Shown: piece by piece, positions 1-9,542 of the stretch
Position numbering within the stretch: position 1 is the first letter of the stretch
Layout: the number at the start of each line of letters is the position of its first letter
Assembly: GCA_029932605.1 (NCBI GenBank)
Contig: JAOZPT010000005.1
Coordinates: forward strand, 1 to 57,666
Length of the DNA stretch: 57,666 bases
Direction of reading: 5' to 3'
Source: Candidatus Zixiibacteriota bacterium
Lineage (GTDB): Bacteria; Zixibacteria; MSB-5A5; UBA10806; 4484-95
The notes under the pieces: generated by a model
What the model was told of the DNA's origin: nothing
Databases searched by the model: none
What the model saw: only the letters and a program-made list of their open reading frames with translations
Made by a program: the position numbers and the translations under genes

Positions 1-1057
1 CCGATGGGTCCTTAATGTAGCCTGGAACACGCACAGCGGCTGTGCGGTTACCGACCGAATAGCTTACCCTCACCGGAACCTCAAATCCCGGCAAAAGACG
101 TTTAAACGAATTTGTTGAGGGGCTGGTAAAGGCTAGAAGCGCCGGCGCATGTTTCAGGAGTCCGCCAAGATAATACCGTCCAATCTCAGACATCTTATAA
201 GGACTCTTTTCGTCATAAAAAACAGAGCGGTCATTTTCAGCTAAATATTGGTGAACATGCAGGCCCGAACCGGGTTCACCGAACAGAGGTTTTGGCATAA
301 AGCTGGCTGACTTGCCAAATTTATCCGCACCATTTTTAATGATGTATTTTATCAGCTGTGACTTATCAGCCATCTCAAGCAACGGTAAAAATGATGTCTC
401 GATCTCCTGCTGAGAGGCACCGCCAACCTCATGATGGTGATACTTGACAGTAACACCCACCTGCTTTAAAAGCTGGCATATATTAGCTCTTATATTGAAT
501 GTTTTATCCTTGGGTGGACTGGCATGATAACCCTCTTTGTAACGAATCTGGTAACCCAGGTTGGGCTCGGTATCGATACCGGAGTTCCACTCGGCCTCCT
601 CGGCATCTAAATAATAGAATCCTTGGTTTTGAGATTGGTCATACCGCACCTCATCGAAAAGATAAAACTCAAACTCGGGGCTCATGAAAGCCTTGGTGCC
701 AGGCAATATTTTGTTCAGGCGTTCCACCGCTTTTTTAGCAGTATAACGAGGATCGCGCGGGTGAGGTTCAGTTGGATTGACCTCGCAAATATCTGCCAAA
801 AGCGACAGGGTAGGAATATCCCAGAATGGATCAACAAAATAAAAATTCGGGTCAGGTATCAAAATCATGTCCCCCGCCTTTACTGATAAAAACCCCAGCG
901 ATGAACCATCTATACCAATACCACTGGTAAGAATCCTTTCCGAAAATTTCTCAGACGGTATGGTGATATGTCTCCAGCCGCCAAGTATATCCGTAAACTT
1001 AAAATCTATAAACTCAAATTTCTCATCTTTAACTTTTTTCAAAAGCTTTTCAATCAT
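1..1057 (-). CDS. glnA: Glutamine synthetase type I (3' end runs off window)
   Basis: Manual minus-strand translation (absent from ORF track): MIEKLLKKVKDEKFEFIDFKFTDILGGWRHITIP...GIDGSSLGF...DMILIPD...PEFEFYLF...HHHEVG...FMPKPLFGEPGSGLHVHQ...TNSFKRLLPGFEVP...GNRTAAVRVP; SD GGGGTGA upstream of ATG at 1057. Confidence 0.95.
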   Translation of the reverse strand, partial: MIEKLLKKVKDEKFEFIDFKFTDILGGWRHITIPSEKFSERILTSGIGIDGSSLGFLSVKAGDMILIPDPNFYFVDPFWDIPTLSLLADICEVNPTEPHPRDPRYTAKKAVERLNKILPGTKAFMSPEFEFYLFDEVRYDQSQNQGFYYLDAEEAEWNSGIDTEPNLGYQIRYKEGYHASPPKDKTFNIRANICQLLKQVGVTVKYHHHEVGGASQQEIETSFLPLLEMADKSQLIKYIIKNGADKFGKSASFMPKPLFGEPGSGLHVHQYLAENDRSVFYDEKSPYKMSEIGRYYLGGLLKHAPALLAFTSPSTNSFKRLLPGFEVPVRVSYSVGNRTAAVRVPGYIKDPS

Positions 1058-1201
1058 TACAAAATCACCCCATTATTAAACCTTTTACTTAGATTACTTT
1101 GTTTCCCAAGCATAATAAATATCGACCATTTTCAATAGATGTAAAATATATTAGATTGCCAGGTCAAAGACAAAAAGGCGTATATATAAATCTTGTCATC
1201 C

Positions 1202-1627
1202 TCAATCCTCAAAATTTATCTCGTATCTGACCTCTGCTGATTTGCTTAACATTGCCGCCACCGAGCAGTATTTATCCTGAGACAGCTTCACAGCCTTTTC
1301 GGCTTTACTTTTATCAGCAACACCAAAAAGCCTGTATATGATTTTAATCCACTTATAAATCTTTGGATGTGTCTCTACCGGTTCAGCCTCTATGTCAATT
1401 TTTACATCCCTAAATGGCACCCTCATCCTTTTCAAAACACTTACAACATCAACGCCGGTACACCCCCCAAGACTGACCAGCACAAGTTCCCCGGGAGCAA
1501 CAGCACTGTCATCACCACCTGATTTTACAGGAGTATCCATTACAATCGAATGGCCACCATGATCGGTCCCAACAAATTTTAATCCGTCAACCCATTTTAC
1601 CTGTGCTCTTTTCACGCTTGTATTCAT
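1202..1627 (-). CDS. OsmC/Ohr-like (YhfA) family protein
   Basis: PGELVLVSLGGCTGVDV and SQDKYCSV two-cysteine motifs. Confidence 0.9.
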   Translation of the reverse strand: MNTSVKRAQVKWVDGLKFVGTDHGGHSIVMDTPVKSGGDDSAVAPGELVLVSLGGCTGVDVVSVLKRMRVPFRDVKIDIEAEPVETHPKIYKWIKIIYRLFGVADKSKAEKAVKLSQDKYCSVAAMLSKSAEVRYEINFED

Positions 1628-1721
1628 TACCTTATCAACCTTTCAATAAAACATCCTCATTGCAATTCATGGAGTAAACAACGATAAACCCAAAAAACAG
1701 CCGATCCAATAAAGTGTTCTT

Positions 1722-2495
1722 TTATATCCTCAATATCAAACCATCATAAGCGATTATAAGTTTCCTTACACCAGCTTTTTCGGCTATTTTGAAAAGTTTC
1801 CGGGGATTGTTGAACAACTTATCCTCAAGATGCGTCAAGACCAGACGTTTGACTTTCCGAGCAGTGGTCATCTCCACTAGAGATTGAAAATCAATATGAA
1901 ATCCATCAACAATAAGAGTATGGACATTTCCAAGATGATCAATGAGATCATTCTCGTTGGAGACATCACCGGAATATAAAATCCGTTTTCCGTTGATATT
2001 TATCATATAGCCGTAAGATTGCATCTTGTTAGGTTTTCTTTTTTTCCTTATAAATATTCCATTGTCCTCCAGGTGCAGATTAGGATAAACATATAACGAA
2101 AAGCTTTGCGCCCGAAAAGCAGGGTTGGGCTTCAACGGCTTGAACCTATAACAAAATGGAAATTTTTCTTTAAAAAGGTAGAACAAATCCATAGCTTTCT
2201 GCAAACCATCGAGGGCTTCCCGGGGAACGTAAATATCGAGTGGTTTTTTTCTTCCGTCAAGATACATCATCTGCAGCTCCAAAAATATGCCTGTAATATG
2301 GTCGGGATGAAGATGAGAAATGAAGATTTTTTCAATATTGTTATATTTTATCCGATTTCTCAGGGCAGAGCCTGAAAAACCCTCGCCAGCGTCGAACTGG
2401 TAAAGTTTATCGTCCGCCGAAAGTATAAACGATGAACTGGCACGATATCTCGATGGAAACCCAGAGGAGGTGCCAATAAAGATGATTTTTTTCAC
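1722..2495 (-). CDS. MBL-fold metallo-hydrolase, RNase Z-like
   Basis: GTSSGFP, DAGEG, ISHLHPDH (HxHxDH), YSGD, LVLTH motifs. Confidence 0.8.
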   Translation of the reverse strand: MKKIIFIGTSSGFPSRYRASSSFILSADDKLYQFDAGEGFSGSALRNRIKYNNIEKIFISHLHPDHITGIFLELQMMYLDGRKKPLDIYVPREALDGLQKAMDLFYLFKEKFPFCYRFKPLKPNPAFRAQSFSLYVYPNLHLEDNGIFIRKKRKPNKMQSYGYMININGKRILYSGDVSNENDLIDHLGNVHTLIVDGFHIDFQSLVEMTTARKVKRLVLTHLEDKLFNNPRKLFKIAEKAGVRKLIIAYDGLILRI

Positions 2496-3421
2496 ACCGT
2501 CGACCTGGTTTTGAAAAATTCCGCCGTTTTTTTCAATCCGTGGGTAAGATTAACCTTGGGTTGCCAGCCCATAGCCATTTTTATAGCCGAATAATCAATA
2601 ACACTTCGCCGTTGCTCCCCTGGTTTAGCCGGCTCATAAATCCGCTCCTGATGCGAGCCCACTACAGCCTTAATAGCATCAAACAGGGTATTAATATCAG
2701 TCTCAATACCGGTACCGACATTAAAAGCACCACATTTATCATAGTTCATTGCCAGTATATTAGCGTGAACAACATCACCGACGTAGGTAAAATCACGCGT
2801 CTGACCACCATCGCCAAAAATGATAGCCTTTTCACCCGAAATCAACTTCTCAAAAAATATCGCCACCACACCAGCCTCGCCATCGCCACGCTGACGTGGA
2901 CCATAAACGTTGGCATAACGCAAAGATATGTAATCAAGCCCATACTCGGATTTGTAAAACTGGAGATATTTCTCAAAAGCCAACTTAGAAATACCATAAG
3001 GAGAAGCTGGATTTTGAGGATGATCCTCTGAAGCCGGAAAGCTTACCTGTTCACCATAAATAGCTCCTCCCGTGGAAGCAAATATTACTTTCTTTACACC
3101 ATGGTTCTTACATGCCTGGAGAAGGTTTATACCACCCAAGATATTGGCATCGGCATCAAAGGCTGGATCCGCCACGCTCTTACGAACATCCATTTGAGCC
3201 GCCAAATGAAAAACTACGTCATATCTTGCCTTCTTGAAGACACCATTAATTTCCTTCGAGCGTATATCCATTTCATAGAAGACAGCTTCTGGATGAACAT
3301 TTTCACGTCTCCCCGTAAAAAGGTTATCTATTACCTCTACGCTAAGACCTTCTTCAATAAGAGCATCTGCAATCTGCGAACCGATAAATCCTGCTCCCCC
3401 TGTAACTAAAACCTTTCTCAT
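2492..3421 (-). CDS. NAD-dependent epimerase (UDP-glucose 4-epimerase-like extended SDR)
   Basis: TGGAGFIG, STGGAIYG, YGISK (YxxxK), RYANVYGP, RDFTYV. Confidence 0.9.
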   Translation of the reverse strand: MRKVLVTGGAGFIGSQIADALIEEGLSVEVIDNLFTGRRENVHPEAVFYEMDIRSKEINGVFKKARYDVVFHLAAQMDVRKSVADPAFDADANILGGINLLQACKNHGVKKVIFASTGGAIYGEQVSFPASEDHPQNPASPYGISKLAFEKYLQFYKSEYGLDYISLRYANVYGPRQRGDGEAGVVAIFFEKLISGEKAIIFGDGGQTRDFTYVGDVVHANILAMNYDKCGAFNVGTGIETDINTLFDAIKAVVGSHQERIYEPAKPGEQRRSVIDYSAIKMAMGWQPKVNLTHGLKKTAEFFKTRSTV

Positions 3422-5115
3422 TAAAAATCCCTCGATTCAATACTTTTTAAACCTACTTTAATAGGAATTATAATGGTTGTCAAATTTAAAACCAGTATCA
3501 ATATCCCGGCCGTTATAAACTCACTTGTGGGAAAATCTATGGTGCCATCAATAACATAAGCACTGTATCGATATGTGGGAAGCGCCAGAATTATAACCAT
3601 CAAAGCGACATATATTAGACTTACAACCGTGGTAAGCATCCCCCCAACAGATGAGGCGATACGGCCTGGATTACGCTCTTCAAAATGGGGAAATATGGCG
3701 CCCATTCCCACAGCTAGGCTCGTAAGCGACATCGACATTAACAATATCGAAAAGAAACCTAAAACCATCATGTAGCCCCTTAAACCAAGCATCACATTTG
3801 AAACAAAGGCCAACAACTCAGCCAGTAACACAAAGGTAATAAAAGCCAGCCAGAATTTTTCCCAGAAAAGCCTTTTTATCGGCATCGGTGAAGAGGTTAT
3901 TACCCAGAACGATTTCCCCTCAAGGCTGATATTGGGATAGACAAAACGAACTGATAGTGTGGCCAGAATAAAACCGGTAAAAGCGAAATTTGCGAAACTT
4001 ATAACGGTTCTCCAGAATTTATCAGAGATATTGTGCGGAAAATGGCTTAAATTTACAAGATAGATTATCAAAAGCACCAATAGCACGCTAAATTGCGCCC
4101 ACTGTGCTGGCTCCCTTATAAAAAGCTTTAAATCCTTAGCCAGAACGCTTCGAAAATCAGAAGAAAGCCAATCCGGTAGATGAAAGAAAACGGGAATCCT
4201 CCACCTTTTATTAACCACAGCCCCTGTTGCTGTCTGCATTCCAACTGAAGCCTGCCAGCTTGTATAATAATACCGCTTGGCAAATACATACACAAACCTC
4301 AATAAGAATGCAGTTGTAGATAAAAGCGCAAAAACATAGACATCAAGGTTACCGTTATCCGATACGAAACATCTTAGTGTTTGAGAAACCCAATAGCTTG
4401 GTAAAAACGGGAAATTCGTGGCCGCCAGTGAACCCAAAAACCGATTCAAAACCCGCCAGTCGGCAAAGATGTTATAGGCCAGTGATGATGGTTGACCAAG
4501 CCTGAGATATAATACAGCCGCCAACACTGCCAAGGAGATGGCTATTGTAAAAATTGACCGGGGCCTGATATACTTAGAAAGTAAATAAATTACAATCGTT
4601 AAAATTACCCCTATGCAGGCTGGTATTATGGTGAAGGGAATCAAGACACAGAAAATCTCGAACAGATACTCCCACCACAAAAAACCTCGCACCATACCAT
4701 AAGCGATAACGATGGGAATTCCCAGAAGCAGCACTCCCCAGGTCGAGTAGATGACATTGTCTATAAAGCGGATCGTGAAAACCTCCAGATGTGATGCGGG
4801 AGTGGAAAAATAATAGGTTGTTTCATAAGAACGATACAATGTCGATATAGCGGTAACGATATTAGAGATTACAAGCATTATAAAAATGGCCAAAAAACCG
4901 ATGGAGATAACCTTGTCCATAAGCAGAAATCCTATATCGTATAATCCCGACAGGTAATTGAATACATAATAGAAAAAATACAAGCTGCCGCCAAAAAACA
5001 ATATCATGATGATTGAACTGACAATAAACCGTATCCCGTGCTCCATGTTTGAGCGCTGAAAGTAAGCGGTCAGATTCAGTAGCTTGTAATTTAAGCTATG
5101 TATGACAATACGCAT
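3421..5115 (-). CDS. Large ABC-2-type permease subunit (about 12-14 TM)
   Basis: Many hydrophobic segments, KDLKLFIREPAQW and SLEGKSFWVITSSP motifs; directly after ABC ATPase. Confidence 0.8.
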   Translation of the reverse strand: MRIVIHSLNYKLLNLTAYFQRSNMEHGIRFIVSSIIMILFFGGSLYFFYYVFNYLSGLYDIGFLLMDKVISIGFLAIFIMLVISNIVTAISTLYRSYETTYYFSTPASHLEVFTIRFIDNVIYSTWGVLLLGIPIVIAYGMVRGFLWWEYLFEIFCVLIPFTIIPACIGVILTIVIYLLSKYIRPRSIFTIAISLAVLAAVLYLRLGQPSSLAYNIFADWRVLNRFLGSLAATNFPFLPSYWVSQTLRCFVSDNGNLDVYVFALLSTTAFLLRFVYVFAKRYYYTSWQASVGMQTATGAVVNKRWRIPVFFHLPDWLSSDFRSVLAKDLKLFIREPAQWAQFSVLLVLLIIYLVNLSHFPHNISDKFWRTVISFANFAFTGFILATLSVRFVYPNISLEGKSFWVITSSPMPIKRLFWEKFWLAFITFVLLAELLAFVSNVMLGLRGYMMVLGFFSILLMSMSLTSLAVGMGAIFPHFEERNPGRIASSVGGMLTTVVSLIYVALMVIILALPTYRYSAYVIDGTIDFPTSEFITAGILILVLNLTTIIIPIKVGLKSIESRDF

Positions 5116-5118
5116 AAA

Positions 5119-5847
5119 TCAGGTTGAATCACATGTGAGCTCTAAAAAAAGAGACTCAAGGTTAGCATCTCTCTGGGTAGCCCTGTCCCTCAACTGGGCA
5201 ATACTTCCTACACCGATAAGCTTTCCTTTATTGATAATGCCTACCCTATCGCAAAGCTCTTCGGCAATCGACAAAACATGAGTGGAGATAAAAACAGCCA
5301 CCCCTTTAGCCGCATACTGTTTGAGGAAATCTTTCACCATCTTCGTTGACCGCGGGTCAAGCCCGACCACCGGTTCATCAACGATAAGCACTGTCGGGTC
5401 ATGTAAAAAAGCAGCACAAAACACGACTTTTTGCCTCATACCGTGCGAATACTCCTCACATTTACGGTCAACCCAACCATCCATGTCAAAGATTTCAAAA
5501 AGCTCAGCCGAACGAATACCTACAGTCTTTTTATCAAGGCGATAAAGTCCACCGACGAATTCAAGATATTCACGAGCGGTAAGCCTATCATAAAGGTAGG
5601 GGTCATCCGGCACATAGCCTATCTTCATTTTTGCCCTCTCCGGTTGACGCTGTACATCAAAACCAGCAATTTCAACTTTGCCGGAGGTGGGTTTAAGTAT
5701 ACCTGCCATCATTTTAATAGTTGTTGTCTTACCAGCACCATTCGGACCCAAAAATCCAAATAGTTCACCACCCTCTACATCAAGGCTCAAATCATCAACC
5801 GCAATCTGACTGCCAAAACTCTTGGTCAATCTTGTGAGCTTTATCAT
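5119..5847 (-). CDS. ABC transporter ATP-binding protein
   Basis: Walker [10 protein letters not shown], signature YSHGMRQK, Walker B LIVDEP, H-loop STH. Confidence 0.95.
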   Translation of the reverse strand: MIKLTRLTKSFGSQIAVDDLSLDVEGGELFGFLGPNGAGKTTTIKMMAGILKPTSGKVEIAGFDVQRQPERAKMKIGYVPDDPYLYDRLTAREYLEFVGGLYRLDKKTVGIRSAELFEIFDMDGWVDRKCEEYSHGMRQKVVFCAAFLHDPTVLIVDEPVVGLDPRSTKMVKDFLKQYAAKGVAVFISTHVLSIAEELCDRVGIINKGKLIGVGSIAQLRDRATQRDANLESLFLELTCDST

Positions 5848-7343
5848 CGGTTCTCCGCCAGTCTTACAGAAGTTGAATAATCGATAATCCTTGCATGCAG
5901 ATTACCGACAACGCGCATCAGGCCTGCCTGCGACTCAACCCCGCCATCAAGAAGCTTTATATGTGCGGCGTCAGCGACATACTGACCGAAAGTTGGGTCA
6001 ACCGGCATCCACCGTCCACCAATATAAACCGCCGCCCAGGCATGATAATAAAACAATCCATCATTATAGACGATACCCAGGCATATCTTTGCAGGAATAG
6101 CCACGGCTCTGGCCATAGCCGTAAATAAAAAAGTATGTTCGTTACAATCACCTCGTCTGACACGTAAAACATCAACAGCAGATGGAAGTGAAACGGAAAG
6201 ATCCTTTTCCACATTTGCATAAACCCAATCTATGAGTGCGATAACCCTCAGGCTGTCATCTTCAACGTTACCGGCAACCTTCCTTGCCTGACGAATTATC
6301 CTTGGGTCATCACTCTGGATAAACACCTCCGGGCTGGTAAACTTTTCCAATAAACCTAAATCCGGAGCAAGACTTTTTTTCTCCAACAATCCCTCGGGGC
6401 TTATCTCCAACACCAACGGAATAGCCGAAACAACCCTTTGAAAATCGTCGTCGAGATTGAATCCCGCTGGCTCGATTCCTGTTAATTCAACTTTAAGAAA
6501 TGTGGCCTCACGTGGATTATCTATCTCGCCATCAACTCCAACCGCCAGGCTTCTCAGGATATCCCATCCGGGATTTAGATCGGGAATATCGAGCGCTTTT
6601 GGCTTCGTAGTCAAGGTCATGCTCATCCCGCTCGTCTCTTCCTCTTTGATTACAGCACCATCAGGGGTAACCCACATAGTCGAACTCACCCCTGAGGTTG
6701 TAAGAATCACCCGGTATACTTCATAATTATCGCCAGCGACATCGATACGTTGCTTTTCCCCGACAACCACCGTAATATCCGAGCTCGTTAACGTGAAAGG
6801 GTCAAGTCCCGGAAGAGCAAACTGGCCCTTCGGGAACCCTTTGGAGGCTAATAGTAACGGCACGGTGCCAGGGAAATAGATTCCCTTGTCAGCAGGTAAC
6901 ATCAGTGTTGAATGATCGTTACCGGATTGAATTTTAAGTTCGAGATACATCCTTTCAACCTGTCCAAAAATATTCGTCGAATAATCACCGGAGGTTAGGC
7001 CAAAAGTAAAGCTTTTTAACGAAAAATCATCGCCTACAACCGCATAAAAATCCATCAACACCTCTCGCACCACACCCGCCATAGGTATCCGCAAAAGGGA
7101 ATAATCTTTAAACACATAACCCAGAGATGTCCTTTTGAATGAGTTCATGGCATAGCCGATCTTTTTGTCATTTATGAAAACATTAAACCACCTCTGACCG
7201 TCAACACTTGGAGACGAAGTTGTTTGGTATTCCGATAACTCATCAACACCAGAATGCGCATAATTCTGGTCATGAACCAGAAACATGCTATAACCCCAGA
7301 GGGCTATAAATGACAGATTCACTATTATTGAATTAATTTTCAT
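5844..7343 (-). CDS. Membrane-anchored/exported transglutaminase-like domain protein
   Basis: N-terminal hydrophobic segment; GDCNEH, YHAW, VDPT = Cys-His-Asp triad of the transglutaminase-like superfamily. Confidence 0.85.
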   Translation of the reverse strand: MKINSIIVNLSFIALWGYSMFLVHDQNYAHSGVDELSEYQTTSSPSVDGQRWFNVFINDKKIGYAMNSFKRTSLGYVFKDYSLLRIPMAGVVREVLMDFYAVVGDDFSLKSFTFGLTSGDYSTNIFGQVERMYLELKIQSGNDHSTLMLPADKGIYFPGTVPLLLASKGFPKGQFALPGLDPFTLTSSDITVVVGEKQRIDVAGDNYEVYRVILTTSGVSSTMWVTPDGAVIKEEETSGMSMTLTTKPKALDIPDLNPGWDILRSLAVGVDGEIDNPREATFLKVELTGIEPAGFNLDDDFQRVVSAIPLVLEISPEGLLEKKSLAPDLGLLEKFTSPEVFIQSDDPRIIRQARKVAGNVEDDSLRVIALIDWVYANVEKDLSVSLPSAVDVLRVRRGDCNEHTFLFTAMARAVAIPAKICLGIVYNDGLFYYHAWAAVYIGGRWMPVDPTFGQYVADAAHIKLLDGGVESQAGLMRVVGNLHARIIDYSTSVRLAENR

Positions 7344-7375
7344 CGTTAATCAATACAATTATTGTATCTTATTGA

Positions 7376-8431
7376 TTATCGGCTGTCTGAGGTTTTCTTC
7401 CAGCTATCCGACAAGGCTTTGCCTATAATCTCCACAGCTGTCGAAACATCGTCATCGGAGATATCGAGATGTGTAACTGCCCGTACCAAATCCGGACCGA
7501 ATGGAACCAGCAATAATCCCATCTTTCTTGCATTTTGAACGAATCTGGCTACAGGCACATCAATTTTAAATATCACTATGTTCGTCTCAACCTCATCCGC
7601 TTTAATTGAAACTCCATCAATGGCTTCAAGGCCACAGGCAAGCTTCTTAGCCCTGACATGGTCCTCTTTCAAGCGTTCAAAATTATTCTTCAGAGCATAT
7701 AAAGCAGCGGAAGCGATGATTCCAACCTGCCTCATTCCACCACCCATCATCTGTCTGACTCTTCTGGCCTTATCGATAAACATTCTATCTCCACAGACAG
7801 CCGAACCAACAGGAGCACCAAGGCCCTTTGAAAAACAAACCGAGACCAAATTAAATGGTCGAGCAATGTCTTTAGGTTCCACCTCAAGAGCTACAGCGGC
7901 ATTCCAGATTCGAGCACCATCAAGATAAAAATAGAGCGAGTTCTCTTTAACCACTTTCTCTATTGAGGCGATGTAATCAAGGTCAAGAACGGTTCCACCA
8001 GCACCATTATGGGTATTTTCAAGGGCGACCAGCCTGGTATGAGGATGATGGATATTGTACGGTCTCACCGCCAGGCGAACCTGCTCAGGCGACAACCGTC
8101 CCCGCTTGCCATCATACGGTGAAAGCATAATACCCGACAAAGCCGAGGCAGAGGCAACTTCATAGTTAACAATATGCATCTTCCGTTCACATATCACTTC
8201 ATCTCCCGCTTCACACAACGTTCTAAGTGCAACCTGATTGGCCATGGTGCCGGATGGAACAAATAGTGCTGACTCTTTACCTAAAATTTCAGACACTTTT
8301 TGTTCAAGATGCTTAACTGTCGGATCATCACCAAAAACATCATCCCCAACCTCAGCCGAGGCTATTATCCTACGCATTGCTTCCGAAGGGCGCGTGACCG
8401 TATCCGATCTCAAGTCAATTACTTTTAACAT
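7376..8431 (-). CDS. ltaE: Low-specificity L-threonine aldolase
   Basis: DLRSDTVT, VGDDVFGDDPTV, PSGTMANQ, LENTHN, DGARIWNA, CFSKGLGAPVGS (PLP Lys), GGGMRQ. Confidence 0.93.
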   Translation of the reverse strand: MLKVIDLRSDTVTRPSEAMRRIIASAEVGDDVFGDDPTVKHLEQKVSEILGKESALFVPSGTMANQVALRTLCEAGDEVICERKMHIVNYEVASASALSGIMLSPYDGKRGRLSPEQVRLAVRPYNIHHPHTRLVALENTHNGAGGTVLDLDYIASIEKVVKENSLYFYLDGARIWNAAVALEVEPKDIARPFNLVSVCFSKGLGAPVGSAVCGDRMFIDKARRVRQMMGGGMRQVGIIASAALYALKNNFERLKEDHVRAKKLACGLEAIDGVSIKADEVETNIVIFKIDVPVARFVQNARKMGLLLVPFGPDLVRAVTHLDISDDDVSTAVEIIGKALSDSWKKTSDSR

Positions 8432-8517
8432 ATCTCCTTACAATCAGGGTACTTCAAAACCCATGTTTGCTTAATATAAATTTTTAATAACAAACAGGAA
8501 TATTATATTCTTATAAT

Positions 8518-8730
8518 TCAGTCTGATTGAACTTTTGTAACCTTCTTCGCTCTTATACCACCAGATGATTCCTCAACCTCAAATATAACCTCGTCTCCCT
8601 TCTTCAATGTGCGGTAACCACCAGCACAGATCTCAGAGAAGCGGACATATAAATCTTCAGTGAAATCATCAGAAGAGATAAAACCATACCCTTTCAAGTC
8701 ATTAAACCACTTAACGAACCCCCTTGGCAT
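8518..8730 (-). CDS. Cold-shock domain protein
   Basis: GFVKWFNDLKGYGFI (RNP1); RNP2 diverged (DLYVRFSEI); SD AGGAGG. Confidence 0.9.
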   Translation of the reverse strand: MPRGFVKWFNDLKGYGFISSDDFTEDLYVRFSEICAGGYRTLKKGDEVIFEVEESSGGIRAKKVTKVQSD

Positions 8731-8914
8731 ATATCCTCCTAATTGGCGTCTGGATCATTATTTTTCATTATAATTAAATTAAGTAATTCAGTCAAGCACT
8801 ATAAGATTGGAGTTTCCCCGGTCTTTCAAAAACATATGGTTTCCATCTTTCTGAAAAGTCAACTTGTTGAAACAATTCAAATTATAAAGATTTTACTTTA
8901 TCAAGAAAGCACTT

Positions 8915-9538
8915 CTAAAAAATAATCGATGGATTCATTAATACCTGCATCACAGCACCGGCAATAAGGGGAACGACGATATTGTCATCAATTAATAAAG
9001 GTAAAAATTCCACAATGGCACCAACAATTACCCCCATAAAAGCCACATCCGATGGCATACCCGGTATAAAATTGACAGCGATATTGGCGCTTAAGATGAA
9101 GGTTATCAATCCCTCCAGTGACTTACCGAAAAACCTGTATTTACCAAAATACCGCCCTATCAGGGCAGCAAATGTATCACCTATTACGATAATCATCATT
9201 GCTGCCGCCGCCACTTCAATATCAAAAAGCAAAAAAACAAGTATCCCGGCCAATAATATAGTCGTAGCTCCGGAAAAACTTTTTTTCTCTCTTGGCCGCA
9301 ATAAAAATCCAAAATTTGTACCCAGGAAAATTTTTACCCTATCGTTACCAAAAATCCTCAGTAGATCAAAAAAACCAGATATGGTAAACGCTATTATTAA
9401 GCATAATAATACAATACGGAAATCGACTAAAAAAAAGCTGATGGGAATAACCAGTGAAATAAGATGTATTCCTTTACGACATAACTCACCTTTCCAGCTA
9501 ATAGCGGATTCATCCAGGTGGTCTTTTAACGGCAACAA
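8915..9538 (-). CDS. Phytol/dolichol (polyprenol) kinase family membrane protein
   Basis: ELCRKGIH, IGDTFAALIG, KSLEG, DDNIVVP motifs. Confidence 0.85.
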   Translation of the reverse strand: MLPLKDHLDESAISWKGELCRKGIHLISLVIPISFFLVDFRIVLLCLIIAFTISGFFDLLRIFGNDRVKIFLGTNFGFLLRPREKKSFSGATTILLAGILVFLLFDIEVAAAAMMIIVIGDTFAALIGRYFGKYRFFGKSLEGLITFILSANIAVNFIPGMPSDVAFMGVIVGAIVEFLPLLIDDNIVVPLIAGAVMQVLMNPSIIF

Positions 9539-9542
9539 AAAA

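Noticed and set aside
499..1079. Three short plus-strand ORFs
   Set aside because: Antisense to glnA, which occupies the minus strand
1141..1165. TGGCA upstream of glnA as a sigma-54 promoter
   Set aside because: No GC at the -12 position with correct spacing
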